The notes below the pieces were generated by a model. That model was not told the origin of the DNA, made no database searches, and was given only the letters and a program-made list of their open reading frames with translations. From NCBI GenBank assembly GCA_965235115.1, contig OZ249436.1, forward strand, positions 44,578,001 through 44,642,000: DNA of 64,000 nt, given 5' to 3'. This document shows positions 24,901 to 64,000 of the stretch, piece by piece. Position 1 is the stretch's first letter. Each line of letters begins with the position of its first letter. A program made the position numbers and the translations under genes. The DNA comes from Laetmonice hystrix (lineage: Eukaryota).

Positions 24901-27900
24901 TTGAAGAGACTGACTTTGTGTTAAGGTTGCCAGTTGTTACATGAATACCTGACCTGGCTTGTGGTGCTGTAACTCTCTGCACGAGTGTACGTCTGCATGA
25001 TCGTTGATTCTCACTGGCTGCGGTTGACTGACATCTCAACGTTAAGACTTTGCCTGTCTAGGAAAGGGTCAACCAGTAATGTGTTATTATGGATTAATTT
25101 TCAGTAAAGTACATGACGACAAGATGTCTGCCTACAAAGATTTCTGTAACAGTATGGAAGGCAAGGACATAGCCACTTGTTTACTCACAGACCTAAAGGT
25201 AAGTCGGATCGAGAATATTGTATAAGGACAAATAATGTCAGGGTTCTACAGAGGCGTCATCTAAGTCTATCTCTAGTTTTAATTAGTTAAATATCTTTCC
25301 ATGATCTTTAATATTGCCTGTAAAATTGTCTGTTTTGGCGAACAGGTATGAACGGTAACAATTCTACTAGAGATTCTGCTGCATACAAGTATTCTTGATG
25401 CCGCATACAAGTATTCTTAATGTTGTCTTGCTGGTACTTGCTTGCCTTGCCTCTGTTAATTAAATTAATTAAAGGTGAACCTGCTTATGTTTGTCTTTTT
25501 GATAGCTTTGTCAAGAAGATGATGTCAGACTCTTCACCTTCCTCATCCCTGACATCTACACCCAGTTCCCAAACATCGCCATCGGAAACGCCAGTCTCCT
25601 TCATCTCATTGTATCTAGTATAGACGGCACTCAGGTAAGCAAAAATCTTGGCGGATCATTTTAATAAAATAAGAAAACGTCATGGATGTTCACATTCTGT
25701 GGATAAAAGAACTAACATTTAGTGTGGACATATGTGTTGGGAGTAGGGGGAAGACCAATACAGGAAGACCAATATTGTTCTTACTGTCATGACTTAGTGA
25801 CACTCATGGTTACCCAGTGGTCCTTGAAAACAGGATTCACAATTGTAGATCCCGTAAGTCATAGAGATTATGAAACCTGTAGACCATTCCACACTGCAAG
25901 TGGTCTGTTATCAAAGCTGACTACAGTCAGACCTCGTTTATCCCAACAGCTTGGTGCCCATTAAAATATATTCAGAATGTAAAACATATGGATTACTGAA
26001 TCATTTTAAATAGAAAATGGTTAAAGAGGTTACCAGAAAGTGTGTTCAGATTGTGAGGTTACAGATTAATGAAGGTCTGACTGTATAATGTTTGATTGAA
26101 GTGCTTCACTGTGCCTCCAGAGAATGAGTGACCCATAGCTCTGGGTTAGTGCCGTTAGTTGGGTGTTTTATATGCTGATATGTGTAACCCATAGCTCTGG
26201 GTTAGTGGCGTTAGTTGGGTGTTTTATATATTGATATGTGTAACCCATAGCTCTGGGTTAGTGCCGTTAGTTGGGTGTTTTATATGCTCATATTGTGTAA
26301 CCCATAGCTCTGGGTTAGTGCCGTTAGTTGGGTGTTTGATTTTATATGCTGATATTTAGTTTTTCGCATTCTTTCATTAAAGCTCCAAGACCTGATCTGC
26401 CAGATTCTTCAGGGTCACCTCATCATGTTTAGGAAAGACTCGTTTCTGTCTGTTCTAAGTGAGTACATCTGTGCACATAACTTGTAGGTCTATGTGAGGA
26501 GAATAACGTGTAGTGTTTTATTTTTGTGTTATTGGTTCGAAATATGAAAACACAAGACGTGAGGACCAAGTATAAGTTGCCAGTAGGCTGTTGCCGCTAC
26601 CTCTAAGGCCTGCGTCATGTTTATACAGTAGGCTAGAATATTATTGTAACACAGAAACTCAGTGTAAGTGTTATTTCCTCCAGATGCCAGTTTGGAATGG
26701 GAAACAATTGAGCAGTACTTTCTCTGGCAGTTTATTGCTGCACACAATATCCCTGTGGAACATCTCATGCCCATACTGCCAAAATTAGAATTCACAGGTA
26801 AGTGCTTAGATCAGAAAATGATCATATTAGTTTTATAACAGACTCATGAACATGATATGACAATATCAGTAAACAGGGAGGAGATTTTTCTGCTGATGGC
26901 AGATTTTCACCCATTTTCTCTACCAAAAATATCGTCTCTGACTGGTGTTTAGTTCAGGCGTATAAAGTTTTTTGCTCTTTTTCCATTGTTGGCCGGTGTC
27001 GTCCCTGGGTAAAAAAGTACCATACATTTGAGTATTTGTTGAAATGTTTGTAGAACAATGTGTAAAGTGTCTAAAATCTCTCTTTCCAGTTCATTCTGAA
27101 GCAATGTCAAGTATACTGGTCCTCTTAAAACAAGACAGGTAAGTTCTGCAGTGTAATGAAAACACCGATTTTAGTTTCTCACACCTATCAGAAGTCGTTT
27201 GCAGGTTTATGATTAACATAATTATAACAATAGATAGACGACACCAAGATACGATCAGATCAAATCTCTGGGTTTTCCTTTATCGTATATTCATGCAATA
27301 ACTATCTCTTGATGCAACCTTTAGTCTTGTGTTGATTCACTGACGAGGTAGCATTCTGTCTCAGTGTTTTATGAATCAGTTATGTTCTCTCTTGCAGCCC
27401 AACCATGGATGTAGTCCGCCCAATCTTATGTCGGGAATGTAAAAAGATAGACCTCTTTACTGTTTCAATTATGAAGTTTTGGGCACAGGAATATGAAGAC
27501 AGATTGGCAGATATTCTACACTCAATGCTTACTAAGTCTGCAGGAACTCCCAACAGAAAACGAAAGTAAGTGGTTAAAAGATTTTTATTGGTAACCAGTT
27601 GTTATTTTTGCAGCAAGCATTGTTGATCAATTCAATTTTTACTTTGGAAAATCGAGATTTAGAGAAACAACATAAAACACCAAAGGCTGGAATTATCATT
27701 CACGAGGCACATTCTCAGAAATGCTCTATTACCATGCATCCATGTAATATATAATGGTTAATTAGGATTCATAAGTTGGGTGGTGTGTCTAAAATATATT
27801 CGTCAACACCTGTGTACCCAATACAGGGGTGCTTGCTTATTAGGGCATTTGTGACTGCATGTCCTCCTTTTGTATCACTGTAGTATGTTGATTTATTTCT

Positions 27901-29815
27901 AATACATACATGCTGAAGTCCTTCTATTGTGTTATTTTATTGGCTAAGTATTGTGTTATATTATTTTTGTAAAGGCAACCAACGAATAAAGAGAAAGAGA
28001 AGGAAAAAGGCCCCCCTACAGAGCAAATACTTGCCCACCTTGAACACATGCGCTCAACATGTAAAAATGTAACGTGTAAGTATCACACCATCACATCAAC
28101 TATTCTTATTAGCACTATCTTACACCCGTGAATCTGAGTAAAATCAAAGATTAATATCCGGCCAAAATTGATTGTCAGAGTGTCAGATGTGGAAAATTTT
28201 GAAAAACGAAACGGGAGAAAGTTTGTATTATGTGAACTGACCTAGATACTAGGAACATGAGGAAATCTCTCTTTAAAGGGAAATGTGAGTGTTCGAATCC
28301 ACCACTAGAATCTTCAAAATATTTTTATGGGGGATAGCCTTTGTCCTTAGGAGTACAAAGAAACAAAAAAAATCATATGTCACCGAATTAGATTTTTTTA
28401 TACAGGCCTCCGTAAAAAATGGGTCTTTACTATAGGTTTCAATGGGAAAAACAGGATTTTTCAGACATTTTGACTAATAGTTAAAAAATGACCACCAATT
28501 TTCTCCTGAAACTCGGTGACAAGGTAAAGTGGATCAAGACTAATAGTTTAAAACAAAAAAAATTGGGGGTCACCGAATCAACAAAAAAGTTACAGCCTGC
28601 CAAACAGTCAGTCCCTTGGTAAAACACGGGTCTTAACTATAGCATTCAATGGAGTAGACAGGTTCTGGCACACAGTTTGGTTCATTGTTTAAAAAATACT
28701 ACTGATTTCCAGATCAAACTAGTTGACTGCATAAATAAGCCAAACAGTTTTCTTTTAAAGCTCACTACGCGGCGCTTTGAATACTCACATTTTCCCCGTG
28801 GTACCAACGCGGCTCACTAGGTGGCGCTTTGAACACTCACATTTCCCTTTAAAAGCTACAATATATAGTATAACCATTATTAGGTATATTTTTTGAGTAG
28901 CCATGATAATTTATTTTGATATTTTTGTTTCCATTTCAGTCTTAATGAATGAATCCTTGCAACAGGCATTGCAACATGTCCAAACAACATGTCCAGAATC
29001 GATGAAGTCCAAGTAAGCTGAAATGACAAAGAATAATTACCATTTTGTGGTTTAACTAATAATGATAATAATCTTATGATATAGCCGAATGATTGATTGT
29101 GTTAGTCACTATAATTGATAATTTGTTTTAAACAATGAGTAAATGATTCAAAGAAGCTTGATTAACATAATTATTGGAATAATAGCCAACGTTCAGAATA
29201 AATTGTGAGCCTCCTCAGTCAGCTAGTTTGAGATGTTGTTTCAATCAACAGTTTGTTGAAGCTGCTTGTACTGTTGTCAGGTTTAGTGAACTCTTGGCAC
29301 TGGCCGAGGACTTTGGAGAGATCCGGACAACACGGGTACTGCGGGCCGTGCCTAGTCGACGAGCCAACATGGCCAGTCAGATGAACCAAAAATCCTCCAA
29401 TATCTCCATATCTTCGCTATCAGGGGGGAACAACCGGAACAAGAAGGCAATAGTTGATGACAGCGACACCACAGATGAGTCTACAGAAGTAAGGGAAAAC
29501 TGCCGTTCTACTTAAAGTTTAAAGTAAATTTAGCTGTGGTAAAACTGCATGCCAAAATCCTATTCTGAAGAACAAAGCCGTCATTACACTTTGAAAAGTT
29601 TGGGTTAGAAATTGGAAACGGTTTGATCGTATGTTGGAGGTTTTATACCCTAAAATTGTTAGTGGCTATTCTTGACGACGTTATACCGTGTCGTCTTTCA
29701 TGACGCGTGCTTAATTCCATATCTTCATGTGTTGCAGGACGAGGAAATAATCAAACCACCAAAATCTAAAAAGAGAAAGAAAAGCGTAATAACAGTAGAA
29801 GATGACAGTGATTGA
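12973..29815 (+). CDS. INTS3: Integrator complex subunit 3 (SOSS-A)
   Basis: 28 exons: 12973-13047, 13684-13767, 14046-14129, 14586-14784, 14999-15065, 15451-15586, 15844-15973, 16220-16365, 16631-16774, 16948-17035, 17381-17460, 17662-17753, 17867-17961, 20275-20400, 20730-20862, 22281-22442, 22632-22676, 23195-23314, 25105-25198, 25506-25634, 26383-26458, 26684-26797, 27090-27138, 27398-27565, 27975-28075, 28940-29012, 29281-29488, 29738-29815. Diagnostic motifs: [90 protein letters not shown], and a C-terminal KKRKKS..DDSD*. Confidence 0.97.
13896..14046 (+). repeat. Degenerate 4 x ~38-bp repeat; the last unit supplies the INTS3 exon-3 acceptor
   Basis: Units end in (C/G)ACAG|AT with AG at 13929-30, 13967-68, 14007-08 and 14044-45. 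Units 1 and 4 share TAATTAAAAGTTCTG. Confidence 0.65.
20899..21035. mobile_element. MITE (137 bp) with a long internal palindrome
   Basis: TIR CCAGGGCCCAGTTTTTT / AAAAAACCGGGCCCTGG. Internal 68-bp near-perfect hairpin at 20924-20991 centred on GAGTCGACTC. Confidence 0.7.
21447..22242. repeat. 42-bp minisatellite, ~19 copies (INTS3 intron 15)
   Basis: Unit AGCTGAGACAGTAATGGGCAGTGCTGTCCCTGTGAAATAACG. It explains the 356-aa and 314-aa repetitive ORFs. Confidence 0.97.
23596..24380. repeat. Degenerate ~33-bp minisatellite (INTS3 intron 18)
   Basis: Unit approximately CTGTTATGTTTTGTATGCAGGGACCCCTCTAAT, roughly 23-24 copies. Confidence 0.92.
26129..26356. repeat. 56-57-bp tandem repeat, 4 copies (INTS3 intron 20)
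   Basis: ACCCATAGCTCTGGGTTAGTG(C/G)CGTTAGTTGGGTG.. at 26131, 26187, 26243 and 26300. Ends ~25 bp before the exon-21 acceptor. Confidence 0.92.
28277..28848. mobile_element. Non-autonomous DNA transposon with TTAA TSD (Kolobok-like termini)
   Basis: TIR AGGGAAATGTGAGTGTTC / GAACACTCACATTTCCCT with TTAA at 28273-76 and 28849-52. A second degenerate right end lies at ~28762-28798. RR termini plus a TTAA TSD fit Kolobok rather than piggyBac (CC termini). Confidence 0.8.
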
Positions 29816-31419
29816 AGTCCCTGGGACGGGCACTTGTGAACGTTAATGACACAGATCATGAAGGGTGTTAACGAGTGCAATCATGTGATGGCCACAGACT
29901 GAGAGGTTGGAACCTTTCAACCAGGGCAATGACTCAGCACCAGTAGTTTACGATGTAGCCATGTTGTGGCTATGTGTGCACATAGCACGTTCAGTACCAC
30001 ATGTTGGTATATGTAGGCCTCGCTGTCGCTGGCCGAGTCTCGCCGATTGTTTGGAGGTCCAGAAACTGTCCCATTTACAGAAGATATCACCTGCCCTGGT
30101 GATTACGTACTGACAAACCTGGCAGGTGAATGGAGTTGCGATATTTTCAGGGTCCACCTTGGGAGGACTTAGTGCGGTGGTCATGTGGAGGTCATGAAGG
30201 AGGCTGCAGGGAGCATATTGTGATGTCTACGGAGAGACATGTTTGAAACAATCTCAAGGGTCCACAAACTGTCACTATTGTGCTGTGAATTTTTCATACA
30301 AAAAGGAAATGCTTACCTGGTTGGTAGAAAACTCGCCAGTGGTGTGCACCAGAACCCTAGGAGTACCAGCAAAACAAGACCACTACAGTCACAGATTACA
30401 GTGTGTGGGAAGGAGACATCTCAATCAAATCTAACAGCATCAGTAATGGAAACATGTTTTACCAGGAAAGGATATACATTGTATTCAACTTCACAAGCAG
30501 TCGCAGCTTCAAAGGTTCTCACTTGGACGGCTATGGGCAGCACGGTGTACAAGACGGCAGCTATAACTGACCAAGAAATGCCCTTTTGGACGAGGGGCAC
30601 ATGTACATTATTTAAACCTATACGTCATCAGAACTCCAGAAAATGAAGGGTCTCCCACAGACAAACTAGTCTCCTAACACAATACTTCATAGTAATTTCT
30701 TCGGATTTCCTGCGTGTGTAGACACCAAAATAGTGTAGGCTGTGATTGGTGTCTTGATCTGCGTACAATGTTAGAATTCCTGTTTGTTTCCCTGGCAGTT
30801 CAAGGTGTCTGTAAAGGTCGTTTTTACACCGGGCACCTGGCGCTGGTTTCTAATTGCCCACGAATCTACATGACAATATGTGCAAGAATCAGCAAAGTAC
30901 TGTCAACAAACTGACAAATATCATGGAAATATATTTCTGATTAAAATTTGTAGAAATTAGCAGTATGCATGCTAGGCTGAGGAAAGACGGTGTCTGTCAG
31001 GGTAACTTGGTGCTTATAAGGGTTGTTAATGCAGGGCTTTCAAATTGTTTCTGCGTAGGTGGGGATTGGGCTAGCAGGCACCATCACTTCTATTTGTCAT
31101 ACTCCGACACCTGCAAACCATGCCTAAAATTTAATTGGAAAGCCCTGTATAATAAATAGGTCAGTGAACTGACTATATGCAAATATAAATATTACCCATG
31201 GAATGAAGAGAAAACGATCAAATTAAATGAATTCCTTAACTTAAGTTTGAAGTTTTTTAAACAAGTTCTGTAATATGTGTTGGCAGGTTCATCGAATGCA
31301 AATGTCAGTTTGCAAATACATTATGGTATAGCAGGAACATGAGTTACATGACCACAAAGATTTATATACAACAAGCTCCCTCTCATATTGTTATGTTTTG
31401 CTTTACGAGATACCATATA

Positions 31420-31799
31420 GGGTTGGTCAGTTCTCGTGTCCTAGATATGAAAATGGCGTAAAATAGCCTCAAACCACTTGGCTTTGGGGATAAACAAAAT
31501 GTAACGTCACAAATTTCCCATAGGTTTAACATAGGCTCAATAAATACACTTTCTAAAATCAGGCTTTATTGTAACAATTATAACTTCTTACATGTAAAAT
31601 GTACCTCCTCATTCACTAAACTTGTTAGTTAATCATATTTGTAAGGCTCAAGACAAAGTGCCCTCATTGGGGAGTAAAAATATTTTGAAGTTGACAGTCA
31701 CTGGTTCCTAATCCTATGAGCGTAGCAATGCTAGACTATTCTCTGGTTGTCCCCAGTCTCACATATTTGCATGTCTAGGACACGAGAACTGGCCAGCCC
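31420..31799. mobile_element. MITE with GG..CC termini and TA flanks
   Basis: TA|GGGTTGGTCAGTTCTCGTGTCCTAGA ... TCTAGGACACGAGAACTGGCCAGCCC|TA. Confidence 0.75.
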
Positions 31800-32996
31800 T
31801 ATTGTCAGACTTGTTTATAGGGTTCATTAACATTAAAAATCCCTCCCACTTGACCCTAAGGTAAATAGCAGGACCCGACAATTTTTGTGAGGGACATCCG
31901 AGGTTGATTTGAGTAATCTAAACGGGGAGGGGGGGGGGGTGCCTACAGTACTCTCGCTCTTTGTGAAGTCTCAAGTATTTGCAAAGAATATTGACCTTAT
32001 AATATTCCCCTCGAATAAAAACCATTGACAGGCATAATCTAGAACTTTTCTCTGATCATGAATTATTGTTAAGGTTTCCACAGAGGGGGTTTTTGCATCT
32101 CTATCTCGCCTGTCCAGACGTCAAAGGGGAAAAGACGAAAAGACAAAATCCACAGCCTACAGTATACCATAAACCAGATAAAGCAAATGATAACGAGACT
32201 GGATCAAGAAGACTACTCCATTACCAGAGGGTTGCATACTTTCCACAGCGGTTTAGCTGTGACTTGTTTACTGAGTGGGAACCCTGAAAAAGTTGCAATT
32301 TGCTGGAGGATATATTTCTGTTTTGATGTTTGTAAGATTGTTTTTAGAGGATTAGTAGCAATGTCAGAAAGATGATTTTTGCACGATTTTAAGTGTGGGT
32401 TGGGGGGGGGGGGTTGTTTCTATGAACTGTGATAGTCCTTCACCTAAACTGAAAGAAATTACTGACACGGATTTCTTATAGCACATATATGCTGGAAAGT
32501 CGCAGATATATTCTTTTTGCATGACCTAACTCTTGACATACTCCATCGCTGAGTGTTTAATGTGTCCAAGTAAAAGCCGACGACGTGACTGGTGTGATAA
32601 TACAGGTTATGCTCTGTGATGAATGTAACAGTAACATTCAAAGACTCGTGACCTCCTGTTCCTGAACTCTCTTGGACCACTTCATGCTCCCGAGTAGACA
32701 GCAGGCTCCCAAAGTGGCGGTACGCTAAGATCAGCAAGGGGAAAAATGACGTAACGTCGCACCGTCACCCAAATGACTCTCAATAAAAGTGATCCATTTG
32801 ATTATTATTGTGTGTTTCTTGTTTTATATCTAGTGAATAAAATCCCCACCCGTTACTGGCATTTTCTGGGGCCATATTATTGGCATGACCAGAGACTGAG
32901 AGAGCCCCAGACTCACATTTACTTTATGAAAACTACACCCCAACTGCACTTTATATCTGTGATGCAGAAAATCTGTACCCCTGGGACTTATTTATT

Positions 32997-33215
32997 TTTA
33001 CTTTTCCACCGTGAGCAAGGGTGAGCTGAGCTGAGCTAAGCTGAGCTGAGCAAGGATGAGCATGAGCTCATTCTCACCGTTTTCGTGTTTTTAAGGTTGC
33101 TTTTTTCCATGAGGCTCGCAGGAAAAAAAAACAAAAAAAGACTAAAACGGCAAGCATGAGCTTCTGCTCAACCTTGCTCAGCTCAGCTTTCCCTTGCTCA
33201 CGGTGGAAAAGTAAA
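32997..33215. mobile_element. MITE (~220 bp)
   Basis: Perfect 25-bp TIR TTTACTTTTCCACCGTGAGCAAGGG, with internal (GCTGA)n and its complement. Confidence 0.75.
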
Positions 33216-34148
33216 TAAAAAAAAACGGGCCCTGTAGGTGGAAGGGGCACTTTCTTTTAAAAAAGTAAAACTTTAGTTAAGTTTAAGTTTTATTGCAATT
33301 TTGGCAACGTGGCCAAAACAAAAAAAAGGGCATCCTGTATGTCTTTAATTTGTTCCATTGGGGCAAAAACGGGTAGGTCTAGGCACTTGCTGGGGTTTCA
33401 CTTGCTGGTACCATGTCCACCCTGTGCTAGCGCCGTACACCAAACATTGCAAGGCCAAGGGGCACTGATCACTTGACACTTCTGGGACTGTTCTCATTTT
33501 TTGGGACAGGGCACCTGCTGGTCTAAAATCAATGGGCACAAGCTGGGCTCATGCAGGAGGGGCAACTCTGTCCCTTCCTTTACGGCTTGCCTACCATCCC
33601 TTTACAGCCCTGGAGTGGATGCTCATGCACCCTGCTATGTTTGTGGCGCGAAGCCGGTGATTGTGAAATACCCTGCGCCTGTGGTATGACTCAATTTTTC
33701 CAGGAGACTGGGGCAGACTGATCACTGATATGTCGTAATGATTGACGCAGGCTGGCGGGTAAACCGACGTCACACGGGAGGGGAAACTGGCCGCAAACTT
33801 GAGTCACGCGGGGCATTGCAAAATGTTATCCTCTATCCAGGGAAGCCGACCATCCGTAAATGCTGGTTTGAGAAGATTAAACTATAAAGTGTAATTGCCA
33901 AAGCTAAACCGTAAATAATAGACCTTCAAGTTTCAACTTCCAAGTCCTCCATCACAACACAAGTGTGTTATCATTACGTGACTGGAATTCTTCACCAGCG
34001 AGACAAGTTCCGGTACATCCGGGTTACTCATCCAGAAAGTAGGGCAGCTCACATGCGTGTTGAAAATAAGACTTGAGAATCACAACAGACTCTGTGATTA
34101 CACTGCAACAAGAAGAGTTAGGCCTATCGTGCGAACAAAATAAGGTTT

Positions 34149-63836
<29,688 letters not shown>

Positions 63837-63923
63837 GTGAGTAGAAATCTCCTGGTGGCAACGTCACAATATGCTGAGTTTATTATCAAGATATGTGTAC
63901 GAGAAAAGGATTAAATTAATTAG

Positions 63924-64000
63924 ATCAGGTAGAATAACCTCCTTGTTTAGTTTCACACAGAAGTAATCAGGTAGAATAACCTCCTTGTTTAGTTTCACAC
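63924..64000. repeat. 42-bp tandem repeat truncated by window end
   Basis: ATCAGGTAGAATAACCTCCTTGTTTAGTTTCACAC at 63924 and 63966. Confidence 0.85.

Noticed and set aside
29816-31160. Short ORFs downstream of the INTS3 stop
   Set aside because: No recognisable domain or consistent splice structure; AATAAA at ~31151 fits a 3' UTR.
32459-32737. ORF with ESLNVTVTFITE, weakly like an hAT transposase motif
   Set aside because: The catalytic D-x-W upstream is missing and there is no other transposase sequence nearby.

Overview
Animal (invertebrate-type) nuclear DNA, about 40% GC, intron-rich. I could not determine the taxon from the sequence. I reconstructed five spliced genes by hand from GT-AG boundaries, reading-frame phase and family motifs: (1) a perilipin-family gene (- strand, 3' end runs off the window); (2) a C15orf40/UPF0235 (YggU-like) gene (- strand) that the ORF track misses entirely; (3) NR2C2AP (+), head-to-head with it and carrying a probable U12 minor intron; (4) INTS3 (+, 28 coding exons); (5) a NEDD4-family C2-WW-HECT ligase (+, runs off the window). 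The long ORFs in the track (21.4-22.5 kb, 23.6-24.4 kb, 59-60.3 kb) are minisatellite artefacts. Introns contain many MITE-like elements and minisatellites. The most unusual features are a six-copy, 90-bp tandem array made of the real splice acceptor plus the first 18 codons of a NEDD4 C2 exon; several other repeats sitting on splice sites; and about 22 TAGGCCTA palindromes confined to gene 5' ends. Exon coordinates are manual and lack transcript support.
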